The translations under genes and the position numbers were made by a program. Below are positions 12,714 to 25,460 of a stretch of 64,000 nucleotides of DNA, one piece after another. A model generated the notes under the pieces. That model saw only the letters and a list, made by a program, of their open reading frames with translations, did no database searches and was not told the origin of the DNA. This DNA is from Antedon mediterranea (lineage: Eukaryota; Animalia; Echinodermata), in contig NC_092679.1 of NCBI RefSeq assembly GCF_964355755.1, positions 11,639,432 through 11,703,431 on the forward strand, in the 5' to 3' direction. Each line of letters opens with the position of its first letter. The first letter of the stretch is position 1.

Positions 12714-13040
12714 ATACGGCGTTATAACGCCCTAATTTAGGGCGTTATAACGCCTTAATTTAGGGCGTTATAACGCCGTATTAGGGCGTTATAACGCCGT
12801 ATTAGGGCGTTATAACGCCGTATTAGGGCCTTATAACGCCGTATTAGAGCGTTATAACGCCCTAATTAGGGCGTTATAACGCCCTAATTAGGGCGTTATA
12901 ACGCCCTAATTAGGGCGTTATAACGCCGTATTAGGGCGTTATAACGCCGTATTAGGGCGTTATAACGCCGTATTAGGGCGTTATAACGCCCTAATTAGGG
13001 CGTTATAACGCCGTAAATACCGCGTTATAACGCCCTAATT
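12714..13040. repeat. Subterminal array of 21-22-bp palindromic units (GGCGTTATAACGCC core), ~15 copies, left TIR
   Basis: Directly visible; mirrored by 6 copies at 28855-28980. Confidence 0.95.
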
Positions 13041-13060
13041 ATACAATCCGTTCACACGTA

Positions 13061-13127
13061 CATGCGCATGCGTAGTACGCCTCCACAGCGTCACGTGTAA
13101 GAAGAAACACAGAAATCAAAAGTAAGT
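13061..13127 (+). promoter_or_regulatory. Putative TIR-embedded promoter and first exon (NRF1-like TGCGCATGCG, E-box GTCACGTG, splice donor GTAAGT at 13122)
   Basis: Motifs seen directly; an identical inverted copy lies at about 28763-28830. Function is inferred. Confidence 0.45.
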
Positions 13128-13951
13128 ATAGGCCAAGTAGTTATTATTATTGTATTATAAGAAACATGTTTATACCTTGGACAATATAATTATTTGATTG
13201 AAAATTAGCCTTGTAAAATGTTACACTATAAGTGAAGTAGTGCAAGTGGCGACAGATAATGAGTCAATCAATGGGCCAGACTAGCCTACTGTAGGCCTCC
13301 TAATAATAAATATTTACACTAGGCTAGGGCCGGCCCTAGGCTTGCACTTAGCCTCCTACTGTACTGGGCCTAGGCCTATTTCTTTATGGTGGCCGCACAG
13401 AGGAGGAAGTGCGTGATTTCGTTAGACCTGCCGGCGGGCATAATAGCTATTATATACATTTACTTAAAGATGTATTGTCCCCCAAAATCATGAAAATTTT
13501 TAAAATCGGACTTTGAATAGGCCATTTTGCAGTTTTAATGAAGTTGTTCACTTCCATAAGAAAAAAAACGGGGAAAAAAAATTATTTGACCTATAAAAAG
13601 ACAAAATAAACAGTTAAATTACCCCAAAACTCATTGTCTTCCAGACAATTTGACAATTTTTTTGCTTTAAATTACATTTTTCTCAGGTAAATAAATTTTT
13701 GTCAGACCCAATTTTTTGTGAGAGTGAATAACTATTATGTGACATTAAAATAACATATTCAACACAAATTTTCTTAAAAAAACATCACTGATTTGTTTCT
13801 TTAGATAAAGGCTAATACAATAAAGAAAATTTTGTTTACTACTTTTTATATATAAATTTAGTATTATTATAAGTGGTGTTTAATTATTTTGGGTGGGAAA
13901 TATGTTTTTATTTAAAAAGGAGAAATGTTTCACTTTGTTTTGGTTTTTCAG

Positions 13952-16495
13952 ATGTCGGATTCGTCAGATTCAAATGATTCGGAGTCAAAAAATGCAACAC
14001 TCTTAACAAGATTAAGAAAAAAATTCTTACGAGATGAAAGTGAAACAGAAACAAAGAAGAAAAAGTCCAAATCATTTTCACGCCCCGGAAATTCAAATGC
14101 AACGAAAACTCTAAGAAAGATCCAGATTGGACTTAAGGTGGATGGAAAACACATTAGAAAGGAATCCACTGGCGGAGGGCGAAGAGAAGCTAGAATGGAG
14201 AAGAGATCTTTGAAGAAAGATATAGTGGCAAAGGCTAAAGGATTCTTTTTTGCAACTGGAAATAAATTTGGACCAGTGGAACAATATACATTTGACCTTC
14301 AAAATTTTGAGGAAAAAGCAATGAGCGAAAGCGAAACAATAGGAGAGCTTTATGAATCAACAGGCCTCCCTCTATTAAGGTTCTACTTAATTGCTACTTC
14401 AAGAGGTTTGATTGGAATAGATAAACCATCAACCAGCCGTGCATGGATGGAAAGTGAAATGGGAGAAGATTTACTTCCGATAGATATGTCTGATATTACT
14501 TCAACTGATAGTGATGCTAATACTTTTGTGGATCTAGGCACACCAACTGTGCAAGCAAAAGTAGTAGCCAATAATCTTATCAAATGATTTATTGAATTAC
14601 GATACGAATGAGGTCTGTCTATAATGAATGACTTGTTAAATTATGAGGTTGAGGTTGAGAGTGAAAATCCTGTCATTCCCAAGTATACTAAAGTAAGGCT
14701 GCACCGGGGTCATGTTTTGAAAGAACTTACAGATTTCTTTATCAATACTGACCTTGATTGTCCTATTGAGGTTGAAATGGTTATGCCTAATGGCCAACTT
14801 GAACTTGGTGAAGACTTTGGTGGTGTATTAAGAGATGTTCTTAGCGAATTTTGGGAGGATTTCTACAATTTGTATACTGTGGGAGAACATCTGAAGGTAC
14901 CCTGTATACGGGATAATATGAGCAAAGAAAAGTGGCAAGCCACAGCAAAAGTTCTGGTTATCAGATATAAACAGGAAAGTTTCTTCCCGTTCAAATTAGC
15001 AGTACCATTTTTACAATATGTGATGGCTGGAGATGACACCATTATCAATCAAAACCATCCATCAATGATACCCACTTTTTTAGAATTAGTTGCAGACAGT
15101 GAAAAAATTGTTTTAGAAACGGCACTGAACAACTTCTCAGATGTGGATGAAGAGGACCTATTTGATATCCTCGACAATTACAAGGTAAAAAGAAATGCTA
15201 CGAGTGAAAATATTAGAGCAATTCTACAGGATGCTGCCCACCGTACCTTGATACAGGGAACATCATACATATGTAGATGCTGGCACAGCGTGTTTGTAGA
15301 ACACTTAAAACCCGCCCTATATACGATGAACATTGAAGATATCTGTCAAACAGCTATACCAACAACCAAGCGCGTCATAGCTGCGTTAAATCTGCCACAA
15401 GATGCATCAGAAGAACAAAGAAATACTAATAAACTTCTTCTCAAATTTATAAAGAGTCTGTCTGTGGACAAGTTAATGACGTTTATGAGATACACTACAG
15501 GTAAGTTCATTTGAAAATAAGGTTTTTAACCGATGTTAAGGCTAGCCTCTATCCCTAGACATAAATACTTTTTTCTAAATTAGTGAAAAAAAAGATTTTT
15601 GTATATTTTAAAGGGTATTACTAACTGTGCAACAACAAAAAATTTTAACCAATTACTATTGATTAGATGACAACAACTAATAGTAATACTAATTAATATT
15701 ATTATTATTATTAATTAGTTGGAAGGAGGTTTCTCGAAGGTTTTTTTTAGATTATCTCCTTTTATAGCTCTATATGATCTGATTAATAATTGGTTTGAAT
15801 GATATTTATTTTTTAGGGATTTGCACTTTGAAACCAGTATTTTTGCCAGAAAAATTTATGTTTTTCAACCAAAAATTTTAATAATTTTGTTTTATATTGT
15901 CTTCTTTTTAGATCTAATCATGTTATTGTTATAATCAATATAATATAAGTGGTTTGCAGGAGGTTTGAGTTTTTTTTAGATTTGCGCTGTGAAATCTTTA
16001 ATGTAAAAATTATTTTTTTTACTCAAAAACTGGCAAACTTTACATCATTTCAATTTTTTTTCCGCATAAATTATCACCTTTTATAGTTCTAGTTGTGATC
16101 TAATCAATGATCACTTTAAATGAGGTTTGACCTCAAATAGGAAAAAAAAAATGTTTCACTATGATTGATAAAGATGAACCCTATCCCATATGTTTTCAGT
16201 TTTTTCACTCAGTACTACTAGTAGTAGAGGCTAGCCTTAAATTATTAATAATATTTTATTAAATATCATTATATGTATTTATCTTTTTATTTCTTTATTT
16301 AAAGGAGCTAATCAAATGTTGGGAAAGAAAATAACAGTGCGTTATGTTCAACAGTCTGACTTTGAGAGACGTCCAGTTGCGCATACATGTGGGTGCATCC
16401 TTGAATTGGCTTCCAGCTTCAAGGACTACATTGAATTTCGATCAGAGTTCAGTGCTGTGTTAGAAAATAACATTTGGGTAATGGACATTGTGTAG
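13952..16495 (+). pseudogene. Transposon-borne HECT E3 ubiquitin ligase with N-terminal ubiquitin-like region; frame disrupted near 14585-14623
   Basis: Acceptor then ATG at 13952. ORFs 13952-14587 and 14624-15500 (GEDFGGVLRDVLSEFW, FMRYTTG). Intron 15501-16304. Last exon 16305-16495 reads GANQ...RRPVAHTCGCILEL...WVMDIV*, including the HECT catalytic Cys motif. Confidence 0.85.
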
Positions 16496-16539
16496 AAAAC
16501 TAAACAAGTAGCTAAAAAAATGATAATATGTGATTTTAG

Positions 16540-17150
16540 CATGATATAGACAATCACGATTATGCTTATTTTTTTTATTTGATATTATGTTCACAATATT
16601 GAGCAGCAAATGTCAATATTGTGATCACTGCAGTCGAGGTGTAAAGCTCGGAGATGTATCCAAGTGTTGTGATATACTGTAATACAGTATATGATAAATG
16701 AAACCTCTTCTTAAACATTTTAAATCTAAAATGATATATAAGGGAAGTTTTGTTTGTTGTTTTTTTTTTTTAATATGTTTCCATTTGTGATATTTTGAAA
16801 GTGTTGTTTGTAAATGATATTGACCACTTCTTTAAAAAGTAAATGATTTAAAATATTTGTTGTTTTATAATAATTATGGAATCATGTTTATTTACATGTA
16901 TTCATATATATATATATATATTCGAATCAAGTCAGTGTGCACTATGGAGTGAAAAAAATATTTTTCAAAAGAAAAGTTCAAATCGTTACCAAACAATAAT
17001 ACCATCATGATTATGTTATATTTTTATTTGATATTATGTTCACAATATTCAGCAGCAAATGTCAATATTGTGATCACTGTAGTCGAGGTGTAAACCTCTG
17101 AGATGTATCCAAGAGTTTTGATATACTATGATATGATAAATGAAACATCA
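16540..17150. repeat. Imperfect ~170-bp direct duplication downstream of the HECT gene
   Basis: GATATTATGTTCACAATATT.AGCAGCAAATGTCAATATTGTGATCACTG at about 16581 and 17030. Confidence 0.8.
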
Positions 17151-17649
17151 TTTTATTTTAAGTTATGTAAAAGGTAATTTTTGTTTATTGAAAAAAACAT
17201 TTGTGTTATTTTGAGAGTGGTAAATGATTACTTTAAAAGGTAATCATGTGTTCCAAGAATATAGTTCCATAGTTTTTGTATTGTACGAAACATCTTAGTG
17301 AAATAATGAAAAATTAAGTACAGTATTAGGCCTAACGATGTTATTGATAAGATTTCTTAAATCCGTTGCCATACATATTGTTTGTTTGTAAAAATAGATA
17401 AGTTGATTATAATATGTAAAAAACAGTTAACTGGAAGAATAATACTGTTTTATTCATAATTTACTTTGCACAAAATGCACTTTACTAAGCATATTCTAAC
17501 GCATAACATGGTTAGTGGTTTCTATAAATATTTCTTAAAAATGTATGCATTATGTAAAAACTTGCCGCATCCCCATATACATTCCAGGTAAAAGAAAATC
17601 TCATTCATAATGTAATACTGTAGTAAAAGTCTTAATTCACAACCTTATC

Positions 17650-19340
17650 TTGGCAGTTTTATGTGTTGGCGTTGAATTGTAACTAGTCTATTGAAGACAT
17701 TTATATATAATATAAGCATTTGAATAAAGAGTTTTATTATTCATGCAAAAACATGTTTCATTAGCTTATTCCAGGTATTAAGGTAACTTGAAAGTTCAGG
17801 GGAGCCATGGAGTATGAAAATAACTGAAATTTAAGGCTACTGAAATTTTAAAAACATCACAGAGGGGTTGTGTGTTGGAAATGACCATTGGATATCAACA
17901 TGACCGGAATTTGAACTTTGAAGGTTTTAAACTACTGGTGTGGGTATTTCTTCTATTACATAATGACAAATGCATATTAGCCAGCTGGGTATTCAGCATT
18001 CATACATGCATGTTTACGGCAACAAATATATCTGGCTCTTTTGTTTACATACATTATGTAACTGACAACTGGGACAGTGGCTTCCAAACGACACAATTCA
18101 TTTTAACCATAATACTGATTTGCAAATTCCATTACAAGGAGTGGATGCGTTACGAATGATTTCCAGTATGACTCGCCTTCCCATAACCAGCAAATGATGA
18201 TGTCTTACAACCTGCAAAGACACGAAAGGTGATTTGATTTTTCAGCCACTTTGTTGTTCACTATACCAGATATCGTTCTTTAGTATGTTTTTGCTATACG
18301 AGTTAAAAAGTGCACATCATTACACATCAACTGTCATGTTTTAGCACATAAGCTTCTTCGTGATTGCCATAGCAGATCATTTCTCATTGTTTACCTTGCA
18401 TCTTGAAAGTCTACTCACTGTTACCAACTCGTATCATTCTTGTACTGTTCTCTCTGTATTCATTATTTATAGGTAACTAAAATGCCTGACAGCAATGTTT
18501 ACTTAATCCTTAAACTGGTAGTGAATGACTATCATGTTTTTAAGTTTTCAGCTTCTGGAACATCTGTGAGTATGTCAACGCCATTCAATAAGATATGTAT
18601 AAAGTCAGATTTGGCTGAAGAAATTGAAATTGGTCTATGATCATGCTCTACTTTATGATATTCACCAACTTCAATGGTTGGTCAACAGATTTTCTGTCCG
18701 CTTTTTTTTCGTAAATTTTGTTTTGATATGCACTATTAGAAATGGTTGCCTTATAGAAATCCGCAAGATTTTGAGCAATGCTATCTCAGTGGCTTATAAA
18801 ATTCTACTTTTTTGCTCTTTCAATAAGTTGTTACTTTAAATGTGACCTCTTCCTCATCATCCGTCAGGTCGAAAAGATATTGTGTATTATGTTTATGTAC
18901 CATGTCATGCAGAACCTATCACTGAATGAATTGTTTCTTCTTGTACCATATAATTCTATTTTGAATCATAAATGATCCACTCAGTTTTTAAAATATTTGG
19001 TGCTGATTGCTTATGGAGTTTGATCTTTTATCACCGACGAGCATAAATAATATAGTCATAAAAGCAAAAACCAAGATAGCATAGATGCAAGTCTCAAGAT
19101 GGAGAACCTTCTAACTTTGATAGAGTCCAATTAATTCGGGTGTTCAAAAACAGAGAATCAATTGACACAGGTTTCTCTTTCAAGATTTTTCGAAACAGAA
19201 ACATCAGCAAAAACTTTTGTTATTGTATTGTATCATTCAAAGATTGAACAAAACAACTTCAATAATTATGTTATTTACCTTGAATTTACCTTGACCATCG
19301 TCATAACTGCAAACTCTTCAGTAACGTACGGGCGAAACTT
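17650..19340 (-). pseudogene. Heavily decayed transposase relic, possibly Transib/Chapaev/RAG1-like
   Basis: Frame-broken minus-strand peptides in the expected order: SYDDGQGKFKV, FMLVGDKR, ELYG..SFSDRFC, SVDQPL, IHILLNGVDIL, NETCF.MNNK. Confidence 0.35.
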
Positions 19341-20399
19341 GATGTGGTGGTCAGACTAATATTTAGCAATGCCCGATTTGAACTCATTGACCGATTGTGC
19401 CTACTACATGACTGGGTAATGAGTTCCAATCATCTACAACTCTTATCATCTACAACTCTTGTTATAGGGGCCAGGGTCTCTGTTTTTGACATTTCTCAAA
19501 AACAGAGACCCCAACACAATTTTTCAACTTTAGGTCGTATAGGGAGTCTCTGTTTTTTAGAGATTTCTCGAAAACATAAACCCCCAAAAGCAAGGTCATA
19601 TACATGGCTGCAGTCGCGTGCTCAAGTTAGTGTTTATCGACCAACCAACCGACCGACATAGTGAGATGAACGTGACTAAAAAATTCTCAATATTACGTTA
19701 TATATAGGTAGTAATAATATTATAGTAGGCTATATGGCGTTTCATACCTATAATACTGTACCTATTTTCCGGACAAAAATCGAAACGCTTACTGGTGGAC
19801 AACATAAAAAAAGACAAATTACCAACAGACTGGGAAAAGTCTATAACAGTTTGTGTAATTAACCAATTTTCTATCTAAATTATGTTACAACACCTTTTTG
19901 AGAAAATGACACTTTTGTATTTAATTTCCTATGTTTTTATGTGTAGAATAAAATGTTTATCTGTATATAATTACTATAATATGATATGACTAGATGATCT
20001 TCAAAAATAGTTTTTTTTGTGTGAATAGATCTGTATAGGTAGATGATTTTCCATGAAAAAACGTAAAAATCCTATATTTTGACCTTGTTTGACCCTATAA
20101 ACTGACCTTAAACCCCAAAACTGAGGATTGCATCCACCCCTATCATTTTTGTCAACCCACAAAGGATCCATCCAACATGGTTGCCTGCTATTAACCAAAA
20201 AATCCTCCAAACATTTTTTCTAGAGGACTTTTGAGTATGCTCTATTTTTTTCCTCATAATTAAATTTCTGGTACAAAATCCGAATTGTTTATTCATTCAA
20301 TACTTTTTTATTTTGGATTTAGGAGTTCCAAATCTGGCCACGTTGGTACTTATTGACCTTCTATCGTTGATATATAAAGTTTTCGGTACACTACGTATA

Positions 20400-20970
20400 T
20401 TGTTCTAAAAAAAACTGTTGAGTTTGTCGACGTTTCGATCAATATGTTGTGTTTGTCCTTGTTCTTGTATAACTTTTCGGATTGACCGCTCAAACCTTCA
20501 GGTTAAGGAAGGGAAAACTATCTCTTCTGGAGAAGACTTATATTTGTATGTGTCCATCATATCAATTTTTCAGTACCTTTTCTAAGCGGTTTATATCTTT
20601 ACTTTTTGGATACCAAACAACCGATGCATGTTCTAAAATTTGTCTTATGATTGACTTGAAAAGAGTAATCAATTTTGCTTCAGAAATCCACTAAAACATC
20701 TTTTAATGATGCCTATCCTCTGATAAGCCTTCATGCAAACTTCTTTATGACGAGTAATTTCAAATCTTTCGATATTAAAACCAAGATCTTTCTGGTTAAC
20801 AACTTTTTTACATATTGAAGAGAAGCGTGGAACCTTAAAATTAGGAACCATTGCTTTGACCAGGATGACAACATACCTAAGTCCTACTGTAGCAGGTCAC
20901 AATCATCATATATAGCTTATAATTTCTTTTAATATTTTAATATCGTCCGCAAACATTTTGGCAGTTGCTT
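20400..20970 (-). mobile_element. Decayed CR1/L2-like LINE 3' fragment
   Basis: Minus-strand remnants KMFADDIK, KDLG, KAYQRIGIIKRCF, EHASVVW.P. Confidence 0.6.
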
Positions 20971-21439
20971 CCCGCCATTCTTTATTCTTATTCTCATTCT
21001 TTATTTCCTCTCTCTCTTTTTAAAAATGCCGTCACCATTTCATACCATTTATTGTGCAATGTATTAATAACGAATTGCAACACCTTAATAGATAGCATAT
21101 ACCCTAGGCCTATATTTCTTTGATTTTATGTTTGATATACAAACAAACGGTAAAAAGCGTCAATGAATGATATATATTGTATGTTTGTTATGACAGTGAT
21201 AAACCCAAAACAACAACTGCGATAACGTAAACTAGGTAATTTAAAAAAAGAAGATTAAAAAATGAAAACTCCACCTCCACTAAATGAACACACCAATTGA
21301 AGAATAAACACTCATTGTCGATAATCATTTGTACTTTTATTTTCTGTAGAGATCTTATATACTACCATTTGTTTTAATCTAATCAATACATCATACATAA
21401 CGGAAACAAAAAATATCGATTCTTTCATGTCACGATTAT

Positions 21440-21780
21440 TATGTATCCTTGGTTCTCTATTGTTCATCCTGTATATCAATGATATGCCGATGACACATCT
21501 ATGTTATTTTCAATAAAACATTTTAACTATCTGTATGAAGAACCTAAATTAATAAAATAGTAAATTAAATACGTTATTTTTCCGGCAATAAACTTTCTAA
21601 TAATTTCAATAAATCAAATGCTTTATGGATGAAACAATCTTATAAAATCTCCAAATCTTTAATGACATTGAGATTCAATTGGTAGACCTCGTTAAGTTTC
21701 TTGGTGTATTGACTCTTATTTAAGCTGGAAACATCAAATGCAAACAGGAAAAACAAAATAATCTTGACAGAGACTTCAAT
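21440..21780 (+). mobile_element. Decayed LINE reverse-transcriptase fragment
   Basis: LGSLLFILYIND, YADDT and KFLGV remnants. Confidence 0.55.
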
Positions 21781-22139
21781 ATCAACCTTTTAATTTGCAC
21801 AGATAATTAAACAATTAATTACTACCAATAATTGAAATGTTTACTCTCTCTAGCAACTGAACCCATCAGAATAACAAATAAATAAGATACACATGAACAT
21901 TATTGCCAGGAAAGTGGATTAACTTTTTTGTAAGATTATTTTCTTAATTGCTATTGGTATCTACGAACAGCAGCATTTCTAAACTGGTGTCGGTGTCTTC
22001 TAGGCTTGCCAAACGCATTCGACACATTTCTACATAAACTATAAAATATGATATAATTATATAAAATATGCCTTTTCAACTTATTAAAGCTCTTTTTCTG
22101 ACCTCTAAAATGTACCATGATGTACGTTTTATTTATTAA

Positions 22140-22675
22140 AGATGTATTGTCCCTTGAAACACAAAAAATGAAGGTCAAAATATTCTAAATTTAAATTGGC
22201 CATATCAAAGTAATATTAAAGTTATTCACTTTAAGTTGAAAATTCGAGCCAAAAGCAAAAAGTTTACGTAATTAACAGGTAAATTAATTTGATTACATTT
22301 CGTCTGGAAAATCGTCGTGAGCGAAAGTAAACAAAGATTTCAAACAACGAGTATGCATTATGCATGATGCTAATTAGGATTCGTCACGGGTGAAGGTGTT
22401 CTCACACAGATCGCGAAAAAGTTTTATGATTATGCATACAGAGTAGCCAAACAAGCGCGTTGCATTATGGGATATGTTTTGATCGAAAACTTTGACTCGA
22501 AGTCAAAGTTATTTTTTGAAAAAAAAACGTCTATATTTCAGTTAAATTAATTTTTTTTTCGACTCATTTTCAGTGAAAGTTAATAACTATTCTATGATAC
22601 TTCAAAATCACCCACTTTTTTTCGAAATCTTTTTGTTTAACTTTTTTTTAAATTAGTCAAAGGGACAATACACCT
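22140..22675. mobile_element. Kolobok-like MITE, 536 bp
   Basis: TTAA|AGATGTATTGTCCCT ... AGGGACAATACACCT|TTAT (degenerate TTAA TSD). The same terminus occurs unpaired at 13468. Confidence 0.7.
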
Positions 22676-22890
22676 TTATCATTTTCATTGTATTATATTA
22701 TATTAAAATGTAATTTAAACCAAGGCAGCTATGCATAAAGAAACATACAATGTACAGTTACCTAATGTAGCCTCCTTTGCAAATGTTGTATCTATATTAC
22801 CATAAGTATTGTAATTTTTTTTTTTTGGTAGAAAATAAAATTTAACATTGAACTTGCGAACTCTGTATAATACAAGAATATTTCTTGTTG

Positions 22891-24590
22891 CTAAAAAAAT
22901 CCAATTTCTCTTCTAACACAATCCCTTAGGTTGATGTAAAAGAGCATAGAACCTTCTGGAGTAGTTGGGATCTCCCATTCGTTGAATATGATTGTATTCA
23001 AACAGTATTCAAATAGATCACGATCACATGGGTATTGGTCTTTGAATTTACTGGATTCTTTACAAAGGTCTATTCTCCTCTGATCTACCTGCTTGATGTG
23101 ATCCCTGCTGTGATAAACCTGTGGCAGCTGAAACATCACTAGAGGGCGTCTATTGGTAACATGGTCTTGCTTAGACCTTCTTATCAAATGAGTGTCCCAT
23201 AACTCCGCTGTTCTATCAAGATCATCCTGCATAAATGTAGACAATGATAATCATAAATACATAATTCATACTAATCTAAATCCAACGTATTACAAGCTTG
23301 AAAACGAATAAGCGAGTTTCGAGTGATTGTTTCTCAGAAATGGCATCCATGTATTTATAGCTAACATTATTTAAAAAATGCAATATCTTTTGAACCAGGA
23401 GCTGTACAGTAGGTATGGCATATGAAGATGTGTTGAAATTTGTGTTGTGATCATGAAATACTATGTACATTAGCTAGATTGACATTGAGGTAAAAAAAAT
23501 CTAATGTAGCCTATTTAATTAAACTACTGCATCTGTTAAAATTTGAAAGCGTTCCTTTATTAGGAAAAAAAACCCATAAATTAACAGACAACCAAAATTG
23601 ATATGCCTTCCATTTTAATGCTTATAATTGATATTCTACATTTACATGAAGATGCCAGATGATCAACAGGCATTATGAGTGGAATATGCCTTCCTTACAT
23701 TGGATACTGGTTGGTTAACGCACAAATTCATGACAGAAGTTACTAACCTGAATAAGCCTCATGAACACAAATCTAACAAGTTCTTTGTCCAATAAGTCAC
23801 CAGAGAAGTGGCCTTCATGAATAAGATATTTAAAAATCAAAATCCAAAACTCTGTGCACTGCTTCCTTAATTGTCCCCACCAAGATTCTATCCTTTGGTT
23901 TGCCGTACTTTGGCCACTCAAGTAACTCTTTTTGCCAGCAAACGTGTCATCATGATTTCTGAGAAACATCTGAAATGCCGCAATATGCCCATTTTCTGTT
24001 CCTTTGTCTGTTCTGACAAGAGTAGGACATCCTCCTATCCTTTCGACTGCTTTCAAGAAGAAACCTCCAATATAAGCTGGATCATTTGTTGTGCTGTTCG
24101 CCTCAAGCCAAATTAGTTTTCTTGAAAACCCATCAATGCATCCATTAATACCAATGCCATACGGTTTGAGTTTGTCCATTGAATCGACATGCCATACAAA
24201 ATTCGGCCCTCTGGCTGAATATCGTCGACGTACTAATCTTCGCCTTTTCCGAAGCTTCACCCCTTCTGGATCTAGTTCAAGTAGAATCTTTCTAACGTTT
24301 TCTCTACTAACAACCATACCTGCCTTTACCAACCTCAGATGCATCCAGCGATAACCATGTAACTCACCACCTCTTTGCAATAGATTTAGTATAAATCTTC
24401 TAACTTGATCAATGTCAGTTTGTTGTCTGTGACGGTACAGTTCTAGGCGCTGTAGTTCCCTTTGCAGCTGACAAATGCTTATGTTAACGTCATAACAGCA
24501 ACTCAATGTGGCTGCTATTTCAACATGTGTATACCCAGACTTGAAATAATACTTGATAAGTTCATCCGTTTCATTCAATGCCACTTCCAT
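22891..24590 (-). CDS. IS3EU-like DDE transposase (integrase core), 392 aa, two coding exons, apparently intact
   Basis: Exons 24590-23748 and 23226-22891 (GT-AG, phase 0). N-terminal HTH-like region. Motifs GPNFVWHVDSMDKLKPYG, IDGFSRKLIWL, RTDKGTEN and NQRIESWW (D, D, E). Confidence 0.9.
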
Positions 24591-25460
24591 GAAGATTAAA
24601 TTATAAGAAAAAAAAAGTACAATTAACACCAAATTTACAAAGATATACTGAATATCTTTCACAAAAGACAGCTCACTGTTCCAACCTGTAGGCCTATGTC
24701 AGAACAACAACACATACAGTATAATGTTACAATGTCATAAAATTGTGAAATGCCACACTCACAATGATTTTCAACTAATGCCTATATTAATAATTCCAAA
24801 TAAACGTATGATCTCCATTGAAGAAGTCTAATTATGTTTGTCTCCGTTTATAATGGTTATACATTAAACCATGGAGGGCCTCCATCACGATTAGGCCTAG
24901 CCTTATAATAGGTATTAGCAACATTATTACTAAATAAGTACTATTTAAGCATGGACCTAATTTATAGGTCTATGATTTAAGTAAGCAATATGCACAGTTC
25001 TAGTGTTAATTATAGGTGGCGCTATTTCGTGTAACAGTATGCCTTGAGTTGAGAAACTATTTTCCAAATTTAAAAAAATTGCATAATAATACTATAACCG
25101 GTCCTAGTTCTGAGAGCGGGATCGATTAAATTCCTGATTGTGATAATTATACTTATAGGCATCTTTCAGCTATGTCCAGCGCTAACAGGAAGCATACATT
25201 TTGATAACATAACAATTAACATGAAGCGCATCACACACGCACGCAACCCCTTCGGCCCACCATTTATTATAGAATACTGTAGGCCTACAGGCCTAGCTAG
25301 TAACTATTATTAATAATTATTATTAGGCTCAGCCTACCAGCCCATTAATTTAATTCATTATCTGTCGTCACTTGCACTTATAGTGTAAAATTTTACAAGG
25401 CCAATTTTCAATCAAATAATTATATTGTCCAAGGTATAAACATGTTTCTTATAATAATAC

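Noticed and set aside
12714-13040. CRISPR-like appearance of regularly spaced palindromic repeats
   Set aside because: There are no unique spacers and no cas genes, the context is eukaryotic, and the array is mirrored in the other TIR.
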